Source of the DNA: Vermamoeba vermiformis
Lineage: Eukaryota
Assembly (NCBI GenBank): GCA_045837725.1
Contig: JBEWZL010000175.1
Coordinates: 1-64,000 of the forward strand
Reading direction: 5' to 3'
DNA: 64,000 nucleotides
In this document: piece after piece, positions 23,906 through 37,925 of the stretch
Numbering within the stretch: the stretch's first letter is position 1
How the letters are laid out: each line of letters starts with the position of its first letter
The notes under the pieces: generated by a model
Database searches by the model: none
Told to the model about the DNA's origin: nothing
What the model saw: the letters and a program-made list of their open reading frames with translations, nothing else
Program-made: the position numbers and the translations under genes

Positions 23906-26900
23906 TTAAATTACAAATATTAAAATGAATTGAGCGAAGAACATAAAGGAAATGACAAGCGGAACAGCGCTTGGCGCAGTGCTCGTGCGAGATGGTGCAG
24001 TTGGGGTTACCCAAGGAGCGTAAGGATACACCAGCGGGTTACGTGTCGGTTCTACGTTGATATGCATAATATTAGACAACATAATACAGCAATAAAACTA
24101 TTTTTCACCGCGACGATCTTACCATCAGGATCGTTGAAACTCAGACTGTCTTGCAAAAATTGGCCAGTGCAATTTCCTAAAATTAAATAAGAAAATATAG
24201 AAATTAAAGGTACAACTTACGAATTTCTTGCTGGAGTGTAAAAGTCAAGAAATGTAGATCAGCGCTGGCAACATTGATACGCTCGCCAAACTGCGCGTTA
24301 TCCGTCGTATAAATTACTTTCTCGGTCTTATTCGTAGCCGTCTCGTAGAGCACAGTTACGTAATCAGCGCCAACCGCAACGCCACGACCTGTCACGTAGC
24401 ACAGTTAGCACTGGTACTGGTGGCGCGCGAGTGATGAAGTAACCTACCAATGCCTCCGGCACCAACAGGAGTCCACAACAAGCGGCGAGTGAAGTCAGAG
24501 TTCACGATCAACAAGTAAGCATCGCCAGCGTATGGGCCAACCTAAATCATATCATTTAGCCCCTCACAATCAGATCAGACGTGTGAGCGTTACTGACCTC
24601 TTTACAGTTCAATCGGCTCAAATCTCTTCCTGGAATACAACAAGCAGCTGATCCTGCGATGTAGACTTTGCCGTCGGATGAAACAAAGAACGAGGCATCT
24701 TTTGCGCTACAGACTTGTTAGCTAAGGTAACAATAAATATGGTACGTACTTCATAGTATTGCCAACAGCGGTACTCGGTATACGAGGGAAAGTGTACTGT
24801 GACATTACTAATTGACCGTTGTCAGGGTTGACTTTGCCGTAGTTCAGCAAGTGAGGAGCACCTTTCATGCCCCACGGTTGCGTGTACAAATCAGTTTGCA
24901 CGTCGATTCTCTTGTTGAGATCAAAGCCATTGCGAGTGACTACCGACACGGGACCAGCACTCTCGGCCAAGTAGTAAAGATAGCCTTGGGTAGGCTCGTA
25001 GAACAAATGGTAGACACGTGTATCTGACTGTAGACCAGCATCCTACAATAGATCTGTCAGCAAGTGCATACACTTCGAGGCAATGTTCACGTACATTTAA
25101 CTCTTGGAGAGTATGATCAAAGGTCTTCCAAGCCCATTCGAGTGGTGGACTGATCTTGTAGGCTCTGAGAATGGCTAGCTGAAGATTGGGATCGATCTGA
25201 TTGTAGCCTCCGACAAACACTTTGTTTTCTTCGCTACTGATTTCCAACGAGAACACGCCGTTGTTGCTGACATCTGTGACTGCCAGCAATTGAGCGCTGT
25301 CGTCGTACAGGAAGAGGTTCGTTTGCGGAAAACCTGAACCCGCAGAAGAATTTACGGCAAGTACTGCGAAATAGTCGTTCGTTGCCATAGCAATCTTGTA
25401 CTCTCGGTCATTGGGAGTATCAAGCTGACAAAGTTAGTCAAAAACCAAAGAACTGAACGGTTACCTTATGAATAACTGTGACAAGATCAGCACTGAGGAT
25501 AAGAGTGCCTTCAGAGAGGGTCAAAGCGATGCGTTTAGTTTGACGCGATTGGTCAGCAGAGTTGATAGAGGAACCGACGCGAACTGCTTTAATCCAAGCA
25601 CCAGTGACCGCATTGGCCACCAAAACGTAACCATTTGATGTTGTCGTGCCCCATCCAACATTAGAGATCAAGTTCGATGGAATACCTGCGGGCGTTGTGT
25701 TGAAGTTGGCCACGAAGATAACTACCTCTGCGCTGTTCATCTACGAAACATGTTAGACTCGTTCGAGGTGTTGTAAATTAACTTACTTCTCCAACGAAAG
25801 CAGCTATGGCGTCATCCTCGCCAGTAGAGCCAAAGTAGGATGCATAATCGATACTCAAACTACGCGTGAAACCAGCAGATGTTGTAAGGTCCAGAACACC
25901 AGTGGATTCGGGGAAAGTGAAGCGAGCAATGCCTAAAAAGATTCGGGAATCATCGCCACCAGGGCCAGTAACGTTCCAAATCTCCGAGAAAACTGTTTTG
26001 CCCCCGTTTGGCGAGAACATGTTCGTGAAATACGTGTTAGGCATGTCATAGGAGACTGAGGACAAGAGGCCAGGGAGCTCGTAGCGGTTGCCTTCAGAAA
26101 ACAGATAGTTGTCGAACACCCAGAAATCTTTGTTGCCCCAGTGCTCGGTCAGTTTTTGCCAGGCATCGCCACGGAACCAAGAAATGCCTGAATAGCAAGT
26201 AAGATAAATCAGACGGGAGCACGCAGCGCATACCTTGTTCAGTTGAAAGATAAACTTCTTGCCCGTTTGAAGAAGCGCGAATACGACCAAGGGGACCGCA
26301 ACACGCGCCTAATTGATTTCTAAAATCTAAGTCGTAGGTCACGTCGTGCCAAATTGTCCTTGTGGGAGACCATCGATAGACCTACAGAGTCATTGTCAGA
26401 AGTCATGTCAGATATCTAAATCACGAATCTCACCTTCTTGACAAAGGCTGAGACGGTATAGACGGCTCCGTCATTAGTAGCAGCGAGATATTGAGCACCA
26501 CCCGCGTAAGTTTCAGGAATGGGATCAGCTATTGAACTCAGCTCCACCCAGCCTCCTGCTTCGTTGGCGATGTCGAACACTTGAACGTCGTTGTTTTGCG
26601 AACCTCCCATCGAGTATATCTTGCCATTTCTGAGCTCCTATAGCACACGATTAGATGGAGGGGCGAAAATTTGGTGACTCACGATATCTTCGATGTTCCA
26701 CTTTGGCTTTGGGAGCTGTGTGTAGGTTCCGTTGAATACAGGCACGAATTTGTATAACCTAATATAATACCATTAGGTTCTTATCATTACTTAATCGCTA
26801 TTACGTACTCGTTTCTGGCAACGTAACAGAAAGTTTTCGTGCAAAAAACATCCGTATTGCCATACGGACTCACTCTGCATAAATTAGGTTAGTAAATGGC

Positions 26901-27537
26901 GTCAACCATTGAAATGCCAGAAATATAATACTATATTAGAGGCTTGAATGTTAAACAAAAACAACTTTTCGATCCGGATGTGGTTTACCTTGGCATCAAA
27001 TAATTCCAAGATGAATTGTCGTCATTCCACTCGAACACTCCTGATTTTGTCTATAAGATAAAATGACGTCAGTTGAGCCCTGTAAATGCACGGCAATGAA
27101 AACTTACATAACAGCAGTTGGCAGTCTGATTAAAATTCGCCTTCTTCTGGGGATTTATCAATACATAAAGCTTTTCTATAGAATAGATATTAATATTTTC
27201 AGGACGAATCGTGGTCATTTCCATACCGTTAATAGTAAAGAAGTTTTGGACGTCGTATGGCTTCTCAAGCCCGTTGTCGCTAAAAATCCACTTTAGTTTT
27301 TCGTCACCGGAGAAATCAAATGCGTAGGCTGTTGTAAAATACATTAGGATTGTTTTTAAGCTGAATCTGGATCATATTTTGAATTTTTTATCTTCCGCTT
27401 TAATTTCAGCAAGTACATGGTTATATTTTAACCCTTGAATGACAAGTAAAAGATGACGCTGAAGATTGCGCTGAACACTTACTCAAACAAGCGAAGACCA
27501 CGAGAGAAGCCAGCGCTCGAGCGAATGAGTTGGGCAT
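23906..27537 (-). CDS. Large secreted or surface protein with Kelch-like/beta-propeller repeats and a hydrophobic C-terminal tail
   Basis: Signal-like first exon MPNSFARALASLVVFACL, a Kelch-like IYSMGG...VQVFD...W segment, many beta-rich exons, and a Pro/Thr linker with a hydrophobic end (GPI-like). Confidence 0.65.
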
Positions 27538-28554
27538 TGCAAGGCAGTTGTTGGCGTTGTGCTTTTGCAATAATGAAGTTCAAATTTAACTGGAGTTGTT
27601 GTTTTAGCAAAGCCAAACCAGCTCAGAAGCACGTGGTTAGAATAAATATTAATTAAATTTTAACGCGGAGCGGAATTGTTTTAGCATTTCGATAGACCCT
27701 AAACAAGTGGTGAAGGCATCAACAATGCCATATTTGTATGCAACAATATTATACGTGGTGATTACATTAATTTGACGGTGATTAGATCAATCAAATTACT
27801 TCAATTCTACAGCGTAATTGAGAGAATTTTAGTAATTATTTTGCTCGTTAAAATGAATATTCCATTACTTATTTCGCACTTATATAGTTGATTATTTGAA
27901 TAAAAAAAAAAAAAAGATGAGATGAAGGAAAGGAAAAAAGAAACTGTTATCACCTGCCGACCAAAATACAATAACAATTGCAAAAGGGAAGAACAGCGTT
28001 TACAACCATTATTAAACGCCTACCTCATCTTGTTCAAACCGATGTACGTCTTTTCATGCGTGAAGAGTTCTACGAACGTTGTTTAAACGTAAGTGCTGTT
28101 GTTTTCATGAACGAACTAACAAGATAAGATTTAGGTCCAACCTCCAAAAAGCCGCGAAATGAATCTTAAACCCGGTGATTACCCGAGACTGTAATCGTTA
28201 TCAACTCCTTGGCCTCGTTTGTAACGTAGAAGGTACGTCAACATAACTTATTGATTTCAAACGTCTTAGTATTTACTCCTTATTAATGCTATTTTTAACT
28301 TTGAGCGAAATTCACAACGTTTCTTCACCTTTTTAAGGATTGTTGAGCTGTCAAACTGATGTCAGTCAGGGTTCGACACGAGACTAAATACGATAAGCAA
28401 TTAGTCTCACTTTATCTACCAACCGACATACACAACGCTTTCAAAATTATAGTTTCGAGAAGCATTACGCTAAAGGTAAAACTCAACGGGTAAGCAGTAG
28501 TCAATTGCAACTTCATTGCATGTATAGTAATTCTGTCGTATAGGCACAGCAACA

Positions 28555-31258
28555 ATGAATAAGGCAATCATATTCGTACTAATGTTGCATGTAATTTCGG
28601 TGCTTGGCGTTCTAAGGATCGTCTCCGTCCAGCCGCTTAACTCGACTTTGACCTCAGCTAAAATTCTACGTGATGGAGAAATATTATGGTCTGAATTGAT
28701 CAACGCCCGGGGCGGAGTTTTGATTAACGGAACTTACCATCCCGTTGAATTGATTTCAATTGACATTGGTGCACCTACAGATGCGCAAATGTCTCAAAAT
28801 GCCATTGATGCGATTAGAGCAGTCGCTAATGGCACTTATGGCGAAGTTCACGCAATGTTGGCTCCCTTTTCAAGTTCTTTGACGGAAGTGCACGCGACTG
28901 AGGCGGAGAAGCACAAAATTCTAAGCTGCGCTGCAGGTATTTCTTGATAAATTCAGATGCTTTTACACAATTAAATTTAAATAATTGCCCTATGGCCCAC
29001 GCTGCAGGGAATCATAATATCGTTACCGATGTTTAAGGACCTTTTTTAGAAAATTTGAAATAGTAAATCGGCCGATACTTTTTTGGAATGTGACTGATTT
29101 GAGACGTAACTAACGACTTGAATTATTCATCAACAGGCGGATCCTCTCCATCGATTTTCGAGTGTGACAATAACTTACGCACTCCTTGCACATCCGTTCA
29201 GGGTCGCAGATTCGAGTACTTAGTCGGTGTCCAGCCGAGCGCAACGAGTATCTTCCCTCCCGCAATCTCACTAGCCAGAGTTAAAGGAGCTAAAACCATC
29301 GCGGTATTTCGCGAGACCGGCGCTAATGAAATCTATTTCCAAGCAGTTCGGACGGGTGCGATCGAAGGCGCTGAGGATAACAAAATGGACGTAGTCCTCG
29401 ACATTACTGTTCCTTATGCCGCCAAGCTTACTGATGAAGCGAGAACCAACATGAAGCAGGTTATCGCTCAACTACAAGAAGCACAGCCAGACGTCGTAGC
29501 TGGAGCTGTTTTTGCCCCTGGATGCCATGCTTTTATTCAAGCTGCTCAAGCAATGAACTACACTGCCCCTGCATTCTTGTTATCCGTTTGCACAAGCGAT
29601 GCTTCAACTTACCGAAACGTACTTGGAGATGCGGGTCGATACGTCACTGGTACGACCTTATGGGACAGACGTTTGTCGGGAAGAGTTTACAAGGAAGACG
29701 GTTCGAGATCATTGCACTTCTTCCCCTCCACAGTAAGTTAATTTTACCGTTCTATTTTAATCACGCGACACGCTAATAATGGATCGTGGGATCTTTGCCA
29801 TTAAATTACAATTTTAACTCTCGTTTTTATTTATAGGATGGCAAAGCAAGTCCTCAACTATTCTTTGACGCCTTTGTGGCAAGATTTGGCTATTCCCCTA
29901 GCTACCACGCTGCTTGTCAATTTGCCTGCGCGTTGGCCATTCAAGGTTCTGCGGAGTTATCTAACTCATTGGAGCCTGAAAATATGCATAATATGATCAA
30001 CAGAATTAGCCAACCTACATTCTATGGTCAGCTTCAGTTTAACTCATTTGGTCAGATCGTGGAAACCGAAGTTGGTGCGACACTGCAATTCAACGGAACT
30101 AATGATGATGTCATTGTCCTTCCTATAGCTGCTTCGGCGAACGAATTGATCTATCCCATGCCTGCATGGAACGAGCGACAGGAGTTGATCGCGTGGTACA
30201 GCACTACAGAAGAGCTTGGCATCGTTATCGTCGCGGGCATTGGCATCCTCGCGTGCTTCGTGATGATGATTTTATTCGCTTCGTGGCGCGACAGACCTCA
30301 AATCATTGCCTCGTCCTTGCTATTCGTGGAGTTGATTATCCTTGGTGCTGCCATGATCTATGCCTCGCTCTTCTTCTGGGTCTTAGAAACAACGACAGCA
30401 ATGTGCAACTTACGCTATTGGCTCAGCGGTGTTGGTTTCGTGCTCATGTTCAGCGCTTTGCTAACAAAGGCGTGGCGTGTGTGGCGCATCTTCCACGAGC
30501 ACAGTCTGAAGATGATCAAGTTGACCAACATGTACTTGCTGCGTATTATGGCCGTGGCGCTCACCATTGAGATGGTCGTGTTGGCTGTGTGGTCCGGCGC
30601 ATTCACTCCTGAAATGGAGACAGTTGTTGTGGACGAGAACAGACCGATACTCAACTACCGCACGTGCTCTACCGAAAACTCACTGCCGTTTGCTATTGTG
30701 CTAATCATCTACAAGGCTTTCTTGATCCTCGCAGGAGTCATCTTGGGCTTCTGGTCCCGCAAGATCCGCAGCGAGTACAACGAGTCCAAGTTCATCTTGA
30801 TTGCCATGTACAACATCACCTTCGCAACACTGATCCTACTCGTGTTATTCGCTATTGGAATCACTGATCGATATATCGACTTTTTGATCAGATCCATCGC
30901 TATTCTTTGGGGTGTTACGGCTACACTGTGCATTTTACTGATCCCAAAGATCTACTACGTTGCCACTGGATCGAACGATCCCACGAGGAAGAGGGCTGGA
31001 TCTACTTGGAGCAGCACTTCTAATCACTCTACTACCGTCCCTGAGACCTACGAAGCAGTGCAAGAGCAGCTGGAATTGCTGTCAAAGCGCGAGCAGCAGT
31101 TGCGCGAGAGATTGGCAGAGCTTAAATCTCAAGACAGAAAAGTGAAGGGAAATGACTCAATGAAGTCTGGTAAAAGCTCCTATAACACTGGCAGGTCCGG
31201 AAACTCGTCAAACAGCCAGATGAACAGCGTGACGAGCACCAAGGATGTTGAAATTTAA
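28555..31258 (+). CDS. Class C (GABA-B-like) GPCR with a periplasmic-binding-protein ectodomain
   Basis: Signal peptide, type I PBP fold motifs, 7TM with KAWRVWRIF, YNESKFI and LLIPK, and a coiled-coil tail. Confidence 0.93.
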
Positions 31259-31433
31259 GCAACGCGATATTTAATGTATATAATTGTATATTTAGTAAAG
31301 AGAGTTTTATTTACGAATTTGGTAGGTCTCCAAGATACGGTCAATCAGGGATGTGCCCTGGTTGGGACTCCAGTTACTCCACCTTGATAATTGAGCAGTT
31401 TTAAAATCTGTAACCCACAAATACAATTGCAAC

Positions 31434-33910
31434 ATGTCATTCAAAAAGCCAAGCAACCCCGAGGGAGACGTCAAAGCCAACTGGACAGACGAATCTGCGT
31501 TCAATGTCGATTTGGCTTTGAAAGAATCGCGGTACGTGGTCAATATGCGCTATTATAATTCATTTTTCGCTTAACCACGACTTTATTGACATTAGTTTAA
31601 CCGAAAATCTTTTTCAGAGATTGGATTGAAGCCGCGACCCGCGAGAAATTCCCAAGCCCCGATTTCGCTACCTCGACAAAGAATGGTGTTTTATTGTGCA
31701 AATTGCTGAATCAGATCAGCGCAAACATTATTCCAAAAATTAATCAACAGAAGAACGCTGTTGCAGAGCGAGAAAATATTTCATTTTTCTTGGCCGGCTG
31801 CAAGAAATTAGGTCTTAGAGAAACTCAGTTGTTCACCACTAATGACTTATACGAAGGTAATTTTTAAATTATTTAAAAATCGTGCACCAAGATTTTTTGT
31901 TGCTCATCTGTAAATTTCGAAAACTAACGCGGCTGCATCACTTAGGACAACGTTTACGTACAGTCGCTATTACACTCTATTGGTTGGGTCGTGCTGCTCG
32001 CGCACGCCCGGATTATAAAGGTAATGTGTCAGATGCGAGGTAGCATTTAATTAATTATTTTGAAATAGGTCCTCAATTGAAATTAACTGCATTTGCTAAA
32101 ATGATGTGCAGTCGCTGCAAAAAACAAATTACAGGCGATAACTACGTCGTGACGCTCGACCAGCAATGGCACACTGAGTGCGCTGCTTGCGACAGTTGTT
32201 CAGCGCCATTAACAGCTGACGGCTACTATCAAGTAAACGACAAAGTTGTTTGTCCGACGTGCTACGACAAGAAGGGCCACGGACATGGCGCTAATGACAA
32301 AAATGGAAACAAACACGGTCACGGACACGATCACGGTCATGGTCATGGTCACGATCACGTAAGTTGCACTCTTACCATCTGCGTATTGTTTGTAACACAT
32401 GCGTCTAGGGTAATGACTGCGAGGCTTGTGGTGAGCCTTTGACTCCGTCAAACAAAGCCAAGAAGACTAAAGACGGTCGCAAGGCCTGCAATGACTGCGT
32501 GTGCAAGGGTTGTGATGGATTGATTGAGGGTACGTGCTTTGTTATGTTTGGTCGTGTAGTTAACTAACTCACGTTCCGTTCAAAGGTCCATTTGCTACTG
32601 TTGGCAAAGATAAGTTCTGCCGTGACTGCTTGTGCGACCATTGCAATCACCCCTTCGAGCCTACTTCCAAGGACTTCAAGGTCGTGCAAGGCAAGAAGTT
32701 GTGCAAACACTGCCGATGTGCTGACTGCGACAAATACCTCGAGAAAGGATACGTTGAGCAGCCCAAGGGCTCGGGCAAAAACAAGTGCTTAGACTGCGCT
32801 AACAAGAACCTTCCCAAGAGTAAGTACTTTAACGAGGCATACACCAATCTAACGCGCATTGTAGATAACAATCCTGCCTTGAACTGCAAAGAGTGCTCGC
32901 GTGGCATTGCTCCTGGTGAGGAGTACTACACTGACAACACGGGCAAACCAATTTGCAACAAGTGCAAGGACCATGTGACCAAGCCTAAGACTCACTCTCA
33001 CTCCTCACACGACAACTGCGCCAAGTGCAAGAAAGCTATTACTGGTCCTGGTGTTGAAGCTCTCGACAAGAAGTGGCACAACAATTGCTTCAATTGCGAG
33101 TACGTACTTATCCTATTCATTGTGAGATACGTATTAACATGTTTTTAGCCGCTGCGGTAAGGATTTCCCTGATGGAAACTACGTTGATTTGAACGATCGT
33201 CCTTATTGCCGTCCTTGCGCCAATCAAGTTGGCAATTCATCACCAAAGGGTGGTCACAATCACGGCAACGGCAACCCGACTGGATACATCGTGAGTTTCA
33301 AAAGCTTTCGCTATTAACCGCAATCCTAACGTTGATATTCGCCGACAGGAGGGTGTTACACCGTGCGTGGCTTGCAATAAGCCTTTGACAGGCCAAGTCG
33401 CTGAAGCGTACGGCAATTACTGGCACTTTCGGCTGCTTCAAGTGTACCAAGTGCAAGAGCTCATTTACTGAAGGCTATTACAAGCACCAGAACATGCCTT
33501 ACTGCCAACCTTGTTATCACTCTGTCGCTGGTACTGATACATGTGCTCGATGCAGCAAGCCGGTTGATGCTAAGGGCGTCAAGTTACGCGACATGCAGTT
33601 CCACGACAACTGCTTCACTTGCGCGCAGTGCAACAAGAACTTGAAGACCGCCAATGATGGTGTCTATTTGGACGGAAGCAAGCCCAAGTGCGGTACTTGC
33701 TATGGCCCTAACACCAAGACAGTTCAAAAGGGTGAAGAGTCATCTAAGACATTGCATTATGGCACGCGTCAAGCTGGCTTTACCGTTGATCCGACTACCG
33801 GTCAGAAAGTCATTCGCTGCCCGAAATGTCAAAAGAGCTGCGGTGCAGATAACAAATTCTGTCCTTCTTGTGGCGTAGCGATTACTGTTAAGAAGTACAT
33901 CAACAACTAA
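31434..33910 (+). CDS. Calponin-homology plus multi-LIM domain cytoskeletal protein with a C-terminal zinc ribbon
   Basis: CH motifs (KNGVLLCKLLN, ENISFFL, LFTTNDLYE), repeated CxxC...WHxxCxxC LIM domains, and a terminal CPKC...CPSC. One apparent frameshift at ~33428. Confidence 0.9.
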
Positions 33911-34058
33911 GCAATTGTACAGTAGTTTTTACTCGGGTAAATAAAAAGATTTACACGTAGCTGCGGATAATTGCATTTCTTTTAACCGCGTAATTTTTGA
34001 CAACACAAATCTAACGTGGTAGAATTAATGCAGCAGGGTGTTATTGTTCGTTCTTGCC

Positions 34059-37000
34059 ATGGGAGATAACAACACAAATCCAGTTCCGGATCAATCAGCT
34101 GCCAATCAGCATGACAGTAACACACATGACGAACAAAAACACCACGCCGACGCAAATATACACGACAAACGAAGTACCCACGAGCATGACACCGAATCTG
34201 GAGGTAGGTACTTGTTGGCCAGTCTTAAAATTTGGCAATAAATAATTAAAAAATGTATTTAATTGGTACATCAATTTTTCTGACCCCAAAAATTAAATTT
34301 TTTTGGATGCGATCGTGTTACCGTTTTCATGAAACATTCAATTTGCCGCGCAAGGCATTTTACTTACCAGCACGCATTAAAATAAATAGGGGTTTCTGGA
34401 CTCGATGAAGCAATTAGTGATGGTGAAGACAGCGAGCACGGCGAATCTGCGGTGTCACACGATGAATCTCCAAATAAGCCAAACAATCCGCCTTCAGACA
34501 TGCCAAAATCACTGGCGTCAATATTCTCTAATGGGCCCGCTGATGCTGTTTCTTCAGAGCCAAATCCACCAAGAATCTCACGGTTAGACGCGCAAAAATT
34601 CATTATTGAAGAGGAAAGCGACGCAAAAGACTCGCCAAGATCGAACAACAGTAACGGTACGTATATTAAATATGCCTCGAAATTTACGGTGTTGATTTAA
34701 AATCTCAACTAATTATTTAAAAATCAAGACTACCTCCAAACGGTTGACAGCATTGCCGAATTTGACTTGCGCCACTTGGGTGCTTCTAGAGTAAATATTC
34801 GACCCACAATCAACCAAGATAGCCACAAAGACCTTTCCTCGGATTCAGATCACGACCACGTCTTGCTTGATGATCGCTCAGACTTGCATACTGTTGTGGA
34901 TATTCCAAGTAAGTGTTTGCGGATAAAATTCTCCCACAATGTTTACTTTTTGGTTTTGACCACCCAATTTGACACCGTTGCGAGACATTTTTCTGTTGGA
35001 CCAGTAGCTCAAAAGTAGAGCCCTCGCCTGCCCTTCGGGGTATCATCCTGGTTTTCACAAGAAATTGTTGAATTCTCTGTCAAAAAGTTCTTTAATACGA
35101 GTAGTTGTGGGTGCAAGTCCCACCTGGTCCTCTTCCTTTTTGGCCCACGATCAGATACTTTTTTCCCCTGGTCCATTTCTTTTTTTGCCTTCGCGCAGAG
35201 GCATTTATATTTTCCTTGTGCTAACGATTACCTAAGGTGACGATCAAGAACATGGGGATTTTGGCTACGAACAGACAGTATTTGGGCACTACAACACTGA
35301 TCTGCAGAACCAAGCCGCTGAGGCTGTCAGGCTGGCCAAATTAAAGAAAGAGAAGGCTAAGAGAAAAGTGCGTAGTTTTTTCTATTTGACTTCGTATTAA
35401 TACTTCAAAGGCCGCTGTGCGAACCGACATTACGCTTGAAACCCCGTGGAGGAAGTTTCGTCGTTGGTTGCTTCGGTTCTTCGCACCACTAAGACACCCG
35501 ATAGTGTTTTTAGTCATTTTAGGCGCTATTGCAGCTCTAGTGGGTGTGGCTATGGATACTTTTATCGCATTTATTTTAGATTGTAAGTACGACTAGCGCT
35601 TGCGCGAGAGACACTAACACCTTTTATAGTGCGCACGTTTTTAATTTCGTTAACAACGGTGACCTCACTCCAATATTTTATCTGGGTCATGCACATGTTG
35701 GTTTTCTTAGGCTTTTCAATGTTCATAACACAGGTGATCAGCATTCAAGCTGCCGGTAAGCACGGTAACAATTTGGCTAACAAGTACATTAACACGTGAT
35801 CTACTAGGGTCTGGTATACCCGAAATGAAGTGCATATTGTCGGGCATTCAATTAGGCTCTTATTTAACGCTGAAGACACTTCTAGCAAAGATTCTTGGCC
35901 TATCCACAGCGATTGGCTCGGGTCTATTTGTGGGCAAAGAAGGTCCGTTCGTGCACACATCTAGCATTATAGCCAATCAACTCTCGAAGATTAAATTCTT
36001 TCGAATCCACAACGTACGTCGTAATGATTGTGGATGAGTTACAGGGCTGACTGTTGGTTTAGAATCCAGCACTGAAACAACAAATGTTCGCAGCAGCTGC
36101 CGCCGTTGGTGTTGCATCGAACTTTGGCAGTCCAATTGGAGGTGTATTATTTAGTATCGAAGTAACGTCAACGTACTACCCACTGCGTAACTACTGGTTT
36201 GCATTTGTTGCTGCTACTACGGGCGGAACTTTGTTCAAAGTGATGACAAACAGCTACGCCGGTCAACGTAGGTATTCCATGCTCAACCTTCCACGTGCAC
36301 TAATATTCTTTAGCGCTTCTTCGTGCGTACTTGCCAACAGCATTCCCCGATGCCATTGCAAAGGCGAACTGGTGGGAGTTCTTGGTATTTATTGCTATGG
36401 GACTCGTGGGCGGTGTATTGTCAGCCGTGTTCATTCTTGCAAACTCGAAGTGGATCAAGTTTAGACGCGCTTATGCCAGCAAATACAAGATATTAGAGTA
36501 CGTAGCAAAGTGACCCTTTTTTTCTTCGATCTTAAATTTCTTTGCAGTGCCTATCCTTACGCTGTCCTAGCAGCTTTGTTTACCGCCTTAGTAACCTTCC
36601 CATTACACGATGTTCGCGTAAGTCCCGCCGTCCTCACATTGAAATACCATTCTAAATACAATCGTTTAGCTGGGAAGTTTTGCAGCGTTGAAGGATTTGT
36701 ATCAAGACAGTCCTCTCGTGCCTTATCCGCACAGCAAACTCAACTCTGACTGGAGCGATTTCAGCGTGTACTTGTCACTGCCAATCTTCATGTTCATGCG
36801 CGTAAGTAGTGACGTTTGCTTATATTTGACGGATATTAATCCGTTCTCTGAAGATGATATTGCTCATTATCGCGCTGTCGATCCCTGTTCCTGCGGGAGT
36901 TGTCATTCCTGTACTGGTCATTGGAGCGTCTTTCGGCCGTATCTTCGGCGAGGCTGTCAGCTACTTTGCCGGTGGTATGTCGTTGAGCCCTGGAATCTAC

Positions 37001-37925
37001 GCTATTATTGGAACTGCCGCTATTGGTGCGGGCATTACGCACACTTTGAGCATCAGCGTTATTTTGTTCGAAATTACCGGACAACTCAACTTTGCATTGC
37101 CTGTCATAGTAAGTGGCATCGTATTTAATAATCCATTCTATTTTTCGTACTAATAAATTCAGATTGTTGTCGTTATTGCGCAAGGAGTATCACAAAAGCT
37201 ATCGGTTTCAATCTTTGACAGCATCTCACTGATACGTGGCTTGCCTTATTTACCAGATCTCGGTCTAAAGTACGTCATTATAGTGCACGAAATTGAGGTA
37301 TTAATTAATCGTTCATCGGTAGTACTGTATCGAAGACAGCAAAAGATATTATGGAACCGAATATTGATCTATTTTTGACAATGAAGACGTCCTTGAGGGA
37401 CATGAAAGAATTCTTGAAGGACTGGGCAGAGACGCCAAATTATAGAGCTACCTTCATTCCGATAGTCGATAGTGCTGGTAAGCAAACAAGGAAAGATCCG
37501 TTGTTTTCATTTTTTGCTAACCGATGGAATTCCAATAGAAACTAAAACGCTCGTTGGAACGACTACTCATGAGGCGTTGTTGACCTTCGTGACAGCATTG
37601 CAGTATGAAATTAATAAGGAGAAAGGAGAAGAGGCAAGCGAAGTTGGAGCAACTCGAAGCTGAGGGCAGATCGACACAAAAGTTCTTGGAGAAACAAAGA
37701 AAGCAGAAGTTTGATATTAGAAAGCGCATTAAGAAGCTAATTCAAAGTGCACCGATCCAGTTTCAGTTGGATACTCCGCTGAACCAGATTCACTTGTTCT
37801 TCATCACATTGCGCTTACCAAATGCCTTTGTTACGAAAAATGGCAAGCTAGTTGGTATGATTACTAGAGATGCTCTTCAGAAGTCAATAAGTTTTGGCAA
37901 CGAGACGGTTTTTATGAACGTTTGA
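34059..37925 (+). CDS. CLC-family chloride channel with CBS domains
   Basis: [32 protein letters not shown] and LPYLP motifs, followed by a CBS pair. Confidence 0.95.
34998..35131 (+). tRNA. Non-canonical tRNA(-like) gene with a ~62-nt anticodon-arm insert, inside a CLC intron; anticodon ambiguous (GCC or UUA)
   Basis: Perfect acceptor stem GGACCAG/CTGGTCC plus T73, D stem GCTC/GAGC, anticodon stem CTCG/CGAG, 5-nt variable loop, T stem GTGGG/CCCAC with loop TGCAAGT, and TTTTT at 35137-35141. Confidence 0.8.

Noticed and set aside
27917-28170. Small two-exon ORF-like fragment; similar fragments at ~40700-40950 and 51190-51745
   Set aside because: Short, with stops or no clear start, and no recognisable motif.
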